From contig LWDK01000036.1 of assembly GCA_002083485.1 (NCBI GenBank), forward strand, positions 36,680-100,679: a stretch of DNA of 64,000 bases, read 5' to 3'. The position numbers and the translations under genes are program-made. This document shows positions 25,893 through 35,882 of the stretch, piece by piece. The notes under the pieces were generated by a model, which had not been told where the DNA came from, did no database searches, and worked only from the letters and a program-made list of their open reading frames with translations. Within the stretch, counting starts at the first letter, position 1, and each line of letters opens with the position of its first letter. The stretch is from Proteobacteria bacterium SG_bin7. Lineage in GTDB: Bacteria > Bdellovibrionota > Bdellovibrionia > Bdellovibrionales > SG-bin7.

Positions 25893-26434
25893 AAGGCATA
25901 GTATTTACCGAGTTTCTAGAAATGGTCGAAGAAAAGTTTGGCCTTGAAACTGCTGACAAAGTCATTACAACATCGAAAGTAGAAAACGGTGGAGCCTATA
26001 CGGCCGTCGGTACCTACAATCATAAGGACATTCTAGAGATGGTAACGGCATTGGCGTCCCTCATTAACAGCCCCGTATCGCCTCTGGTAAAAGTATTTGG
26101 GCATCACCTTGCCAAAGTGTTTGTTAAAAAATTTCCAGATTTCTTTTCGTCTCAAAAGACCCTATTTGATTTTCTAATTTCAATAGATGGCTATATTCAT
26201 GTCGAGGTTCGAAAACTTTATCCTGAAGCCGAATTACCGACTTTTTCGCACAGAAAAATACGCGAAAATTGTCTCGAGCTCACCTATAAGTCGCAACGCC
26301 CGTTTGCAGATCTCGCCTCTGGACTTATCGATGGTTGCATCGAACACTATGGAGAAAAAATTAAAGTTAGCTACCAAGATTTGGATGACAATGGCTGCCA
26401 TAGGCGATTCACGTTAGTTAGGGAATTAATATGA
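25889..26434 (+). CDS. hnoX: H-NOX (haem NO/O2-binding) sensor protein
   Basis: N-terminus [18 protein letters not shown], proximal His context [13 protein letters not shown], and the YxSxR haem-propionate motif [13 protein letters not shown] overlaps on both sides. Confidence 0.85.
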   Translation: MKGIVFTEFLEMVEEKFGLETADKVITTSKVENGGAYTAVGTYNHKDILEMVTALASLINSPVSPLVKVFGHHLAKVFVKKFPDFFSSQKTLFDFLISIDGYIHVEVRKLYPEAELPTFSHRKIRENCLELTYKSQRPFADLASGLIDGCIEHYGEKIKVSYQDLDDNGCHRRFTLVRELI

Positions 26435-28182
26435 ATCATGATACTTTGATTCGAAAAATAGAGCGAGAGATTGCCGCCCGACGTGAAGCTGAGAATTTGC
26501 TAGAAAAGAAGAGTCGCGAGCTTTACGATGCAAATAAAGAGCTTTCCCATTTAAATAAGAATCTAGAATCACTCGTGGAATCGCGAACTATCGAACTGGT
26601 CCGAGCCAAAGAAGAAGCTGAAGCCGCCAATCATGCGAAAAGCCAATTCTTAGCTAACATGAGTCACGAAATTCGCACGCCACTCAATGGCGTGATTGGT
26701 CTCATTTCCATTCTTCGTCAATCTACTCTTAACCCTACCCAAAAAGAGTATTTAGATCTCATTGAGCATTCCAGTGAATTACTGTTATCTATAATAAATG
26801 ATATTCTTGAGTTTTCAAAAATAGAAGCCGGAAAAGTTGAACTAGAAAGGCGCGAATTTAATCTTGTTAAGTCTCTTGAGGCTTTAGCTGACGTTATGGC
26901 TCCTCACGCCTATCGCAAGGGTTTGGAGTTTCCCGTGATGATCTCACAAAACATTCCCACAAAAGTCACAGGTGATGAGACGCGACTTCGACAAGTTCTA
27001 TTGAACCTAATTGGAAACGCTATTAAGTTTACGCCAACCGGAGAAGTAAGTCTCAGTGCCGAGTTAATCGAGTTCAATGCGGAAAAAAATGTAAAAATAA
27101 AATTTATAGTTAAAGATACAGGAATAGGAATACCACAAGACAGAATAGGTACTATATTTGAGGCTTTTTCTCAGGTGGACATTTCGGACACAAGAAAATA
27201 TGGTGGCAGTGGCCTGGGGCTAACTATTTCGAAGGAAATCATTCAAGCTATGAATAGTGACATTCAGGTACTAAGCAAAGAAGGCGAAGGATCACAATTT
27301 TCTTTCGAACTCGTTTTACCAACAGCCTCTGTACCCAAACCACCTCAATCTGAAATTGGTAACAATATTAAACAAGCTTATCTCTGCGTAAACAACGATA
27401 CCAACTTTTACCACTTGAAGTTATTTTTTGAAAAAAATAATATTGATTGTTCACGAGTCCCCAATCTTTCGTCAGTGATAAAGATAATAAATGAAAACAG
27501 TCACTCTATGATTCTTGCCGATTGGGTCTTTGCTCTGGATTTGACAGATGGCGAAAAAACCATTTTAAAAAAACAGACGAATGACGCTCGCTTAATTCTT
27601 GCAGTTCCCCAAACGCAGAAGGTAGAGGCTGAGCAAAGGCTGGATGGTCTTGTAGCCGATCTTATTAGCAAACCAATAAAGACTCGTGAAATAACCGAGA
27701 TCTTGAAAAAACCAACCACGTCCATTGGTGTGAGTGCTAATTTAAGTTTAGAGTCCGATAAAAGAGATCGGGCAAATCTCAAAAAACAAAACAGTGAGTT
27801 TAGTATTCTAGTTGTGGAAGATAACTTGGTAAATCAAAAAGTACTCCAAACCATGCTCGCAGATGAAGGCTATACTTTCACCCTTGCAAAAGATGGCCAA
27901 GAGGCAGTGGACAAAGCAAAGAGCCAAAGCTTTGCAATGATTCTTATGGATTGTCAAATGCCAGTTATGGATGGCTATGATGCCACAAAAATTATTCGCG
28001 AAAACGAAGGACCTAACAAAAACACCCCCATTGTCGCTTTAACAGCAAATGCCCTTCGAAAGACAAAAGAAAAATGTTTTGAAGTGGGAATGTCAGACTT
28101 TTTGACGAAACCATTTAAGCCAAATGATTTGAAAAAAGTGATTGAAAGTTTTAAAATTAAATCCACTGCAAAAGGAGCATAG
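26431..28182 (+). CDS. H-NOX-associated hybrid histidine kinase (coiled coil, HisKA, HATPase_c, pseudo-receiver, receiver)
   Basis: H-box [19 protein letters not shown]-box [13 protein letters not shown]1 VKDTGIGI, G2 [10 protein letters not shown]. The middle domain lacks the DD pocket (YLCVNNDTN...ILADW...SKPI). The terminal REC reads [27 protein letters not shown]. Confidence 0.9.
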   Translation: MNHDTLIRKIEREIAARREAENLLEKKSRELYDANKELSHLNKNLESLVESRTIELVRAKEEAEAANHAKSQFLANMSHEIRTPLNGVIGLISILRQSTLNPTQKEYLDLIEHSSELLLSIINDILEFSKIEAGKVELERREFNLVKSLEALADVMAPHAYRKGLEFPVMISQNIPTKVTGDETRLRQVLLNLIGNAIKFTPTGEVSLSAELIEFNAEKNVKIKFIVKDTGIGIPQDRIGTIFEAFSQVDISDTRKYGGSGLGLTISKEIIQAMNSDIQVLSKEGEGSQFSFELVLPTASVPKPPQSEIGNNIKQAYLCVNNDTNFYHLKLFFEKNNIDCSRVPNLSSVIKIINENSHSMILADWVFALDLTDGEKTILKKQTNDARLILAVPQTQKVEAEQRLDGLVADLISKPIKTREITEILKKPTTSIGVSANLSLESDKRDRANLKKQNSEFSILVVEDNLVNQKVLQTMLADEGYTFTLAKDGQEAVDKAKSQSFAMILMDCQMPVMDGYDATKIIRENEGPNKNTPIVALTANALRKTKEKCFEVGMSDFLTKPFKPNDLKKVIESFKIKSTAKGA

Positions 28183-28183
28183 T

Positions 28184-28924
28184 ATGGATTGGCAGGTTTT
28201 TGGATTTGGATTCGTGTTAGGAGCTTTTCTGTTCTCGGTCATTTTCTCCGCCCAACCCCGTATAAAAGTAAAACGTCAAAAAACGGTTTTTGATTTGAGT
28301 AAATCGGCCCAGGCTCAACGCGCAATCGAAGAAACAAAATATATTTTCGAGATGGCACCAAGGCTTATTGATCAGCTCCAAGAGGTATTAGGCACATTTG
28401 AGTTGGCGGCCCAAAAAACTGCTGATTCTGATCTCAAAAAAGATTTAGATGAAGGAATCGAGCGCATTCTGACTCTTCGGCAAAGTTTTCAGGAGGTATT
28501 ACGTCTTACTTCCAACGAAAAGGGTCCAACAGATAAATCAGGACCCGATATCAAAATTGTAAAGGATTTGCCAGCGCTCGTTGTCGACGATAACGCCGTT
28601 GTCAGAAAAACCTCAGAAACACTATTATCGGCTTTAGGCTTTGAATGCGAAACCGCCGAAAATGGAGCCAAAGCGTTAGAAGTTTTAAGTCAAAAGCAGT
28701 TTGGTGTTATTTTACTCGACATTTCAATGCCAGGAATCGACGGCGTTAGCGTAACAAAGCAAATAAGGCAGGGATCCGGGCCAAATAAAAATACCGCCAT
28801 CGTGGCCGTCACCGGCCTTGCTCGGCGTGGAGATCGCGAAAAATTACTTTCTGAAGGAATAAACGGCTATCTAGCGAAACCGATTAAGATAGACGAGCTA
28901 AGAAATTTGCTCGCAAAAGGTTAG
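28184..28924 (+). CDS. Membrane-anchored single-receiver response regulator
   Basis: ATG 28184 (MDWQVFGFGFVLGAFLFSVIF, one TM) is preceded by AAAGGAG and follows the kinase stop by 1 nt. A coiled-coil linker leads to the REC: ALVVDDNAVVR, ILLDISMPGIDG, AKPI. Confidence 0.8.
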   Translation: MDWQVFGFGFVLGAFLFSVIFSAQPRIKVKRQKTVFDLSKSAQAQRAIEETKYIFEMAPRLIDQLQEVLGTFELAAQKTADSDLKKDLDEGIERILTLRQSFQEVLRLTSNEKGPTDKSGPDIKIVKDLPALVVDDNAVVRKTSETLLSALGFECETAENGAKALEVLSQKQFGVILLDISMPGIDGVSVTKQIRQGSGPNKNTAIVAVTGLARRGDREKLLSEGINGYLAKPIKIDELRNLLAKG

Positions 28925-28977
28925 AGGAACAATCAATTTCACCTTTACAATAAAATTAAGTCGACTATCCTGCTAAT

Positions 28978-30342
28978 GTGAATATTCTATTAGGAGGACC
29001 GATGATACTTCTATTCGTAGCTATTTTTACGCTCCTTCAATCTTTGGCTTTTTCTGATATTCTTCCACACGACGACAGGGATTTTAAGTGCATTGAAAAA
29101 TCTGAGGCTCAGCGAATGGTCCAAGATTTTAACATTGATGTTAAGTCATTTGGCGGAGCAGAGCTTTGTGATGCATCCATCGATTTTAAAAAGCTAGCTA
29201 ATGATCTTATCCTGTTAAAAGAAGGGCGCTTCACAGACAGTGGCGAAAATATTTTCATCCGCAACTTTATAGATTCTAAAGAATATTATTCGTGGCTTTT
29301 ATCTATGACCCGCGGAATCGACCGGCGCAACGATGTAACTACCGCAACGGCCTACAATAGCGGTGGATACTTCACTATGCAAAATGGGTGGGCCAAGCTA
29401 CCTACTCTCGCCCGCGTCGGTATTTTAATTCATGAAGCACGACATACAAATTTTTATAGTCATATTCAATGTAATCAAGGGCCTTACATGAATTCAGCGG
29501 CGGCGGCCTGTGACTGGGACTACAATTCCGGAGGAGCTCACGCTGTTGAAATGGAATATTATGCCCGAGTTTCTGTCTTGGGAGAAAACTTTCACCCCGT
29601 CTACAAAAGTATGGCGAGACTGATGGCGATGGCTCGAAGCAATTTTGTCTTCAATAATTCTCCGATTAAGAGGCGCGAAGCTCTTTTTGCGATCTTAAAA
29701 AATGGACAAGGTGCTCTTTACGAAATTGAGAAGCCTTTGCGACGGGAGATTCCAAGTGTCGACGGCACATTAAAGAGAACTTCATTTGGAGCTGCCATTT
29801 TTACAAACGACAAGGCTTACCCTATAGAAATGTACGGGAGTACGGATGCACTACCGGGTATTACCGACATTTTTTCTTATTACAAACTGATATTAAATAC
29901 CCGGTTAAAATTGTTAGATTATGAAGAGTTCGATACCAATCAAAGGCGTTATGTTGTCGCAATTACAGAAGGCAACTCATCAACTTCGTACAATTTTCTA
30001 GAAAGTCAATGGAGCAAAGAAAAGCTGCTCACCTTTCAACCCGCAAAAAGTGCGACAACATTAGAAACTGGGGAGCAAGGGTACTTTCTGATAGATCAAA
30101 ATCATGATATTTATTCCTTCAATGTAAATCGAAACTCTTTTGAAAAATCTTTTTCATTTAAGTGGAACCCAGAATTTAAAAATATTGCCAAGGTAGAAAG
30201 TCACCTCCTTATACTTAAAAACGATAGTAAAATTTATGAAAGAACTGGAAATGGCGACATCATAGCTTCTCCCGTCTATAAAGGGAATTATAAAGATATG
30301 GTGGCGATCCCTCTTTATGACGGATTTGCGGTGGAGCCATAA
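28978..30342 (+). CDS. Secreted protein with a metzincin-spaced zinc motif (putative metallopeptidase)
   Basis: It has an N-terminal signal/TM segment and the motif ILIHEARHTNFYSH, which equals HExxHxxxxxH with Phe where metzincins have Gly. I recognise nothing else in it. Confidence 0.5.
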   Translation: MNILLGGPMILLFVAIFTLLQSLAFSDILPHDDRDFKCIEKSEAQRMVQDFNIDVKSFGGAELCDASIDFKKLANDLILLKEGRFTDSGENIFIRNFIDSKEYYSWLLSMTRGIDRRNDVTTATAYNSGGYFTMQNGWAKLPTLARVGILIHEARHTNFYSHIQCNQGPYMNSAAAACDWDYNSGGAHAVEMEYYARVSVLGENFHPVYKSMARLMAMARSNFVFNNSPIKRREALFAILKNGQGALYEIEKPLRREIPSVDGTLKRTSFGAAIFTNDKAYPIEMYGSTDALPGITDIFSYYKLILNTRLKLLDYEEFDTNQRRYVVAITEGNSSTSYNFLESQWSKEKLLTFQPAKSATTLETGEQGYFLIDQNHDIYSFNVNRNSFEKSFSFKWNPEFKNIAKVESHLLILKNDSKIYERTGNGDIIASPVYKGNYKDMVAIPLYDGFAVEP

Positions 30343-30351
30343 ATAGCATAA

Positions 30352-30999
30352 ATGAAAAAAATAATTTTATTTTCTCTTTGTAGCATCATTTTTGTCGTAG
30401 CTCTCAAAATGGATATAGCGAACAAAGCTGATGTACTCTCCGAAAAAAATGATGTGATGACCAATGATCTTAGTCCAACAGAATCAAATTCAGCCATACA
30501 AAAAAGGTCTAGTATCCATTTACTGTTAAAAACAGAGTCGGCCAAAATCGGAATGGTCGACGAACTTCCTGACCAAACTGAAATAAGGTTAAAAAATTTA
30601 GCCATGGGACTTGGCTATTCTGATCTTATTAAACTAAGAGAGAATTCGCTCGATACTAGTTTAAGTGGCGAAGAACGTATGTTGTCTGTTTATCTACTTG
30701 GCTTATCTCAGCATGAATACGTGGCAACATTTTTAGAAGAGATCGCATTAACTCCCACAAATTCCAATGAAAACAGTTATTCTAATAACTTCGAAGCTAT
30801 AATACGCTTGCAGGCCATTGAAGGAATCCAAAACCGAAGTGACAAATCTCAAAGCGTCAGAAGCTTATATTATGTGGCTTCAAGAATTTCAGATTCACAG
30901 CTTCTCGATCGTACTCAAAGAGCTATTTCTCATTATACTAAGGGCAGTGACAATCTCGAAACCCAAGATCTTAAAGCCCTAAAGAAATTGATTCGGTAA
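30352..30999 (+). CDS. Hypothetical secreted helical-repeat protein
   Basis: It has a signal peptide (LFSLCSIIFVVALK) and an alpha-helical, HEAT-like C-terminal half. It begins 9 nt after the previous gene. Confidence 0.5.
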   Translation: MKKIILFSLCSIIFVVALKMDIANKADVLSEKNDVMTNDLSPTESNSAIQKRSSIHLLLKTESAKIGMVDELPDQTEIRLKNLAMGLGYSDLIKLRENSLDTSLSGEERMLSVYLLGLSQHEYVATFLEEIALTPTNSNENSYSNNFEAIIRLQAIEGIQNRSDKSQSVRSLYYVASRISDSQLLDRTQRAISHYTKGSDNLETQDLKALKKLIR

Positions 31000-31015
31000 C
31001 CTTGATAATACCGGA

Positions 31016-31420
31016 CTAAATGGGTAAAACTTTTTGTAACACTTCGGCCAATATATCTTTTGCTCCCGTCATCCCAATAAGCCTGTTGGCCTTGTCTACG
31101 ACGGGAAGGTGGCGAATGTTTCGAGTAGCTGTCAGCAAATACGCATCTTCAATCGAGGTGTCCTCAGCCACCGTAACGACGGGTTTCGTCATTACGCTTG
31201 AAACCGAAGTGTTTTTGTAGTCAATCTCTTCAGCTACTACACGATAGGCAAGGTCACGTTCCGTAAAAATCCCTAAAATTTTTGAATTTTCCACGATCAC
31301 TAGAGATCCGATATTTTTGTTCTTTAGAATTTTTACGGCCTCAAAAATTGGAGTATCGGGAAGAATAGTTTCAACATTTTTCGACATTATTTCTCCAACT
31401 TTTTGGTTTTTAAATGGCAT
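31016..31420 (-). CDS. CBS-pair domain protein
   Basis: Two CBS repeats: LKNKNIGSLVIVENSKILGIFTERDL and TATRNIRHLPVVDKANRLIGMTGAKDIL. Confidence 0.85.
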   Translation of the reverse strand: MPFKNQKVGEIMSKNVETILPDTPIFEAVKILKNKNIGSLVIVENSKILGIFTERDLAYRVVAEEIDYKNTSVSSVMTKPVVTVAEDTSIEDAYLLTATRNIRHLPVVDKANRLIGMTGAKDILAEVLQKVLPI

Positions 31421-31716
31421 CTTTTTCTCCTCCTGATTGCTCTTCTGGAAAACCTGATGGGGTTGATTTTATACTAACCCCGTTAAGTCAACAACCAGAC
31501 TAGACCTCGCAATTCGAAAGCTCCCCGGAACTTTAGAAATCCATGATCGCCTTGATTACTTGATGATACAAAACTATGCATAACTTATAATACCAATAAT
31601 ACTATAATCGTATTGTTTTAAACGATAAAAATCATCATATTTATCCATTTTAACAATTCTAATAATTTCCGTAAGATTTACTAATGCTTTTTACTTTCAA
31701 CTTTAGGAGGACAGTA

Positions 31717-32082
31717 ATGAGACAGCTTCAAAACGCCATTCAAGTGAAGTTTAAAAATTTGGCAAGATCAGAAATGGCTCGGGAAGCGGTATACGAAAGG
31801 ATCGGTGCGCTCGTTGAGAAGTTTCCTGATTTAAACAAAAGTAAAATTCAAGTTACTCTCACGATGGAAAATTCACCCCTGCAAGCGGGGCCCGACCTTT
31901 TTATAGTTAAACTCTTTGTGGCCAGCGGAAGATATGACGGCGTCACCATTGAAAAATCGGATTCAAATCTCTACGTAGCTTTGGCCGAAGTCGTTGATCA
32001 TATGCTAGAAGTTCTTAACCGACATGGCGATAAAGTTCGTGTCAAAGAAAGAAAAAAAGCTCGAGAATTAGTTCGCGAATAA
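31717..32082 (+). CDS. Ribosome hibernation / RaiA-HPF family protein candidate
   Basis: ATG 31717 is preceded by TAGGAGGA. The pattern IQVKFKNLARSEMAREAVYERIGALVEKFP...KIQVTL...SDSNLYVALAEVVDHMLEVLNRHGDKVRVKERK matches the YfiA/HPF beta-alpha-beta3-alpha layout. Confidence 0.55.
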   Translation: MRQLQNAIQVKFKNLARSEMAREAVYERIGALVEKFPDLNKSKIQVTLTMENSPLQAGPDLFIVKLFVASGRYDGVTIEKSDSNLYVALAEVVDHMLEVLNRHGDKVRVKERKKARELVRE

Positions 32083-32104
32083 ATTCATAAAAATTGGAGG
32101 AAAA

Positions 32105-32782
32105 ATGCAAAAATTAGTTCGTGGTATTAAAGCGTTTCAAGAGAAGACATTTGCGGAGAATAAGGAACTCTTTGAGAGTTTGGCTGAAGGACAAAAACCC
32201 GAAGCTTTGTTTATTACCTGCTCGGACTCTCGCCTAAATCCCAACCTGCTCACGCAGACACAGCCGGGAGAAATATTTATTATTAGAAATGCCGGGAATC
32301 TCATTCCGACACATGGAGGTCCTATCGGTGGCGAAGCCGGGACCATCGAATTTGCCTTATTAGGTTTGGGCATTCGTGAAATAATCGTTTGTGGGCATTC
32401 GCATTGTGGAGCCATGAAAGGTGTTTTGGAGCCTTCACTATTAAAGGAATTACCCACTACGGCAACCTGGCTAAAAAATGCCGACTCTACCCAAAGAATT
32501 ATGAAAGAAAACTATAAACATCTTGGCGGTGAGCAACTCTTAAACGCCACCATTCAGGAAAATGTCTTGGTACAGATTGAAAATTTAAAGACTCATCCAG
32601 CGGTCGCTGCCCTCCTCGCACGAGGCGAACTCCAGATTCACGCCTGGGTTTACAAGTTCGAAACCGGTCAAGTTTTTTCTTTCGATCCTCAAGAAGGTCA
32701 GTTTGTTTTACTGGAAGAGGCGACGCCATTACTTTCACAAAAACGCCAACTTCAACCAGTAACTCATAAATCGTACAATTAG
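32105..32782 (+). CDS. Beta-class carbonic anhydrase
   Basis: Zinc-ligand motifs FITCSDSRLNP and VCGHSHCGAM. Confidence 0.9.
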   Translation: MQKLVRGIKAFQEKTFAENKELFESLAEGQKPEALFITCSDSRLNPNLLTQTQPGEIFIIRNAGNLIPTHGGPIGGEAGTIEFALLGLGIREIIVCGHSHCGAMKGVLEPSLLKELPTTATWLKNADSTQRIMKENYKHLGGEQLLNATIQENVLVQIENLKTHPAVAALLARGELQIHAWVYKFETGQVFSFDPQEGQFVLLEEATPLLSQKRQLQPVTHKSYN

Positions 32783-32789
32783 CATAGAG

Positions 32790-34259
32790 GTGCTTATGGA
32801 AAAATTCGTTCTTCCCAAGTCCAGTGATTTCATGGCGTCAATCGTCGTATTTTTGGTAGCACTTCCTCTATGTTTAGGAATTGCAATCGCCTCAGGCCTT
32901 CCTCCCGCGGCAGGCTTAATTACCGGGATCGTAGGCGGTCTCGTGGTGGGTCTTCTAGCGGGCTCACCACTTCAGGTCAGCGGCCCTGCTGCGGGTCTGT
33001 CGGTAATGGTCTGGCAAGCAGTCGAGACGCATGGCCTCAAATCTCTTGGAATAATAGTTTTGATCGCAGGAATATTGCAGATGTTGGCTGCAGGGGCCCG
33101 AGCGGGACAGTGGTTTAGAGCCGTATCTCCAGCTCTCATTCGAGGAATGTTAGCCGGCATTGGAGCTCTTATCCTATTCTCTCAGTTTCATGTGATGATG
33201 GATAAGGCCCCCCTGGGATCTGGTATTAGAAATCTTTTGGCTATTCCAACTCAATTCATGGAGCTGATATCGGGAACAAACGGACAATTCCGATCTGCTT
33301 TTTTTGTCGGCGTTTTGGTTATCTTGACGATGGTTCTATGGGATAAATTCAAACCCAAATTCGCCAAATCCGTTCCAGGGCCGCTGGTAGGAGTTCTTTT
33401 GGCAGTCGGTGCAACCACGACTCTCGGTTTACCGATAAAAATGGTTCAAGTTCCCACCGATTTAACCGACGCGATTCAATGGCTAAGCTTTTCCAACTTA
33501 TTTAATCAGATGAGTTTTGGACTATTAGGAACTGCCATCGCCATTGGAATAGTAGCAAGCGCCGAAACCCTGCTTTGCTCAACTGCGACCGACCAAATGC
33601 ATAAAGGCGAAAGGACCAAATACAATAAGGAACTATTCGCTCAGGGAGTAGGAAACTTCATTTGTGGAATTTTAGGCGCTCTTCCGATGACTGGTGTGAT
33701 TGTTAGAAGCACCGCCAATATTCAAGCGGGAGCCCAAACACGTTGGTCGGCAGTATTTCACGGACTGTGGCTGCTTATTTTTGTCGTAGCACTTCCGCAA
33801 ATTTTAGGATTGATTTCTACCGCTGCCTTGGCGGCAATACTGGTGCTGACAGGTTATAAGCTTTTAGATCTTGGTCAAATCAAACGCTTCTGGCAAAAAG
33901 ATCGTTGGGAGTGCGCGGTCTTTATAACGACGTTTGTGACAATATTAAGTTTTGACTTACTGACCGGCGTTATTATTGGCTTTGGTGTGTCTCTGTTCAA
34001 AACCACTATTCAAAGAGTGAATCTCAATATCGAAAAAAACGAAGACAAAGACCTTATCGAGATTCGACTTTCTGGAGCCGCATCGTTTTTAAATATTCCG
34101 AAACTTGCGGCAGCGTTAGATGAGGTTCCACTCGATCGAAGACTTATCATCGACATCGGTAGATTGGACTACATCGATTTTGCTTGCCAAAATATTTTTG
34201 ACTCCAGAGTCCAACTTACCCCACAAACTGTAATTAGGAGAGCCACTCAGGTCGCGTAA
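32790..34259 (+). CDS. SulP-family anion (sulfate/bicarbonate) transporter with a C-terminal STAS domain
   Basis: It is polytopic (more than 10 TM segments) and has the SulP pattern ...TANIQAGAQTRWSAV... with a soluble C-terminal STAS-like tail. It is adjacent to the carbonic anhydrase. The internal ATG at 32796 is a likely start. Confidence 0.85.
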   Translation: MLMEKFVLPKSSDFMASIVVFLVALPLCLGIAIASGLPPAAGLITGIVGGLVVGLLAGSPLQVSGPAAGLSVMVWQAVETHGLKSLGIIVLIAGILQMLAAGARAGQWFRAVSPALIRGMLAGIGALILFSQFHVMMDKAPLGSGIRNLLAIPTQFMELISGTNGQFRSAFFVGVLVILTMVLWDKFKPKFAKSVPGPLVGVLLAVGATTTLGLPIKMVQVPTDLTDAIQWLSFSNLFNQMSFGLLGTAIAIGIVASAETLLCSTATDQMHKGERTKYNKELFAQGVGNFICGILGALPMTGVIVRSTANIQAGAQTRWSAVFHGLWLLIFVVALPQILGLISTAALAAILVLTGYKLLDLGQIKRFWQKDRWECAVFITTFVTILSFDLLTGVIIGFGVSLFKTTIQRVNLNIEKNEDKDLIEIRLSGAASFLNIPKLAAALDEVPLDRRLIIDIGRLDYIDFACQNIFDSRVQLTPQTVIRRATQVA

Positions 34260-34275
34260 GCATCATTACGGAGTT

Positions 34276-34302
34276 TGCGCAGAGGCCATGAGCTTCTGCG
34301 CA
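34276..34302. terminator. Hairpin between convergent genes (TGCGCAGA-N11-TCTGCGCA)
   Basis: It has a perfect 8-bp GC-rich stem and lies 17 nt after the SulP stop. There is no clear U-tract on either strand. Confidence 0.4.
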
Positions 34303-34359
34303 TAAGCCTTCCACATAAAAGGCATCATGATGAATACGACAGTTTTTTATATCCACAAG

Positions 34360-34932
34360 TCACTTAGCTGAGGATCTCAACTCGGGATAAAAATGCACGC
34401 CTATCGATGGCGTAAAAATCGTGCCTGACACGTCGTTATTGAGATAAATATTTCTGATTGCAATTTCAGGAGCCAAACTCACGATCCCGACAGGAAACTC
34501 CCACCCCAAACCAAGATAGTAGCCCCATCCCCACAAAACGCCATATGTACCTTTAGTATCGAGAGCATGCCAAGACAATCCCAAACGAGTAAATCCCCTT
34601 TTATCTGGGCCATAGGGAAAATACTTTCCCTCTACTCCCAGAACCCATAATTTTATTTCGCTGCCAATCTCGGTTGAAACAGCCCCCTTAGATCGCGCTG
34701 CCCCTATAATTGGAGAAAACGCGAGCCCCAGAGAATACCGAAAAGGACGCTCGTGCCAGATATTTAGCGTATTTGTTAGACCACCTAGTTCATAATCACC
34801 GCTGTTTAACTTGTACTTATGTGTCTCGAAATGCTCGCGAGCCCGAATGGCCCATCCGTCAGCGAGACAAATATTAATTGGACAAAATCCAATACAAAAA
34901 AGAATTATTTGAGATACTAATTTTCTCGACAC
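34360..34932 (-). CDS. Hypothetical small outer-membrane beta-barrel-like protein
   Basis: It has a signal peptide with Cys and an alternating aromatic/Gly strand pattern (WGWGYYLGLGWEF). Confidence 0.5.
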   Translation of the reverse strand: MSRKLVSQIILFCIGFCPINICLADGWAIRAREHFETHKYKLNSGDYELGGLTNTLNIWHERPFRYSLGLAFSPIIGAARSKGAVSTEIGSEIKLWVLGVEGKYFPYGPDKRGFTRLGLSWHALDTKGTYGVLWGWGYYLGLGWEFPVGIVSLAPEIAIRNIYLNNDVSGTIFTPSIGVHFYPELRSSAK

Positions 34933-34995
34933 TACATGCCTCGCCTGGAAAAGAACAAATTTACCAAGATGATTTCAGGACGTCACGAAATAACT

Positions 34996-35802
34996 TTATG
35001 GAATTTTGCTTTCAGAAATAAAAGGCTGAACAAGAAGCCAATGAAGGTTTAGAAACTTCTTCTCTCGAAACTGATTAATCCCAATTTTCATTTGAGTCTG
35101 CCCGTCTTTAGGTTGGCCCCGATACGTTCCAAAAAGCCGATCCCAAACCGATATATTAAAACCAAAATTGCTGTTAGCCTCCTCAATGAGAATTGAATGA
35201 TGAATTCTGTGCATGTCAGGTGTTACAAGTATTTTACGCAAAATCCGATCAAAATTGAGTGGCAAATAAATATTTCCATGATTAAACATCGCGGTTGCGT
35301 TTAAGAGAATTTCGAAAATTAGAACTGATGCGGCAGACGCGCCCAGAAAAGCAATAGCCAAAAATTTAATTCCCATAGAAAGTAATATTTCTAGTGGATG
35401 AAAACGATTGCCAGTGGAAACATCAAAATCCAAATCCGCATGATGAACCTTGTGGAGCCGCCAAAGAACTGGAACGAAATGAAACATGGCATGCTGAAAA
35501 TAAATTATTAAATCTAGGAAAATTACCGAAACTACCATCTCAAACCCAAAAGAAATTTGAGTGTAGTTAAATAATCCCCATCCGTTTTTCTGACCTAAAT
35601 AAGCAAATCCCACCGCTGAAATCGGAAACACAAGACGCAGCGCAAGTGCGCTAATGGCAACTAGACCAAGATTCGAATACCAACGAACTAATTTATCTTG
35701 GGTGAGTTTTCGTCGAGGCCAAAGTAACTCCCAAACAGAAATTACGCTCAAAACTGAAAAAAAAATTCCCAAACGAACAAAAAATTCGTATTGCGTGTTC
35801 AT
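34996..35802 (-). CDS. Fatty-acid hydroxylase / sterol desaturase superfamily membrane protein
   Basis: Histidine boxes FQHAMFH, LHKVHHAD and MHRIHHS, plus four or more TM helices. Confidence 0.85.
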   Translation of the reverse strand: MNTQYEFFVRLGIFFSVLSVISVWELLWPRRKLTQDKLVRWYSNLGLVAISALALRLVFPISAVGFAYLGQKNGWGLFNYTQISFGFEMVVSVIFLDLIIYFQHAMFHFVPVLWRLHKVHHADLDFDVSTGNRFHPLEILLSMGIKFLAIAFLGASAASVLIFEILLNATAMFNHGNIYLPLNFDRILRKILVTPDMHRIHHSILIEEANSNFGFNISVWDRLFGTYRGQPKDGQTQMKIGINQFREKKFLNLHWLLVQPFISESKIP

Positions 35803-35882
35803 TTAACAACCAATCGTATTCTTACAAACAAGTTTACATCTCGGCCTTTTGAAAGGAATATTATAAACAAGGAAACAGCATT

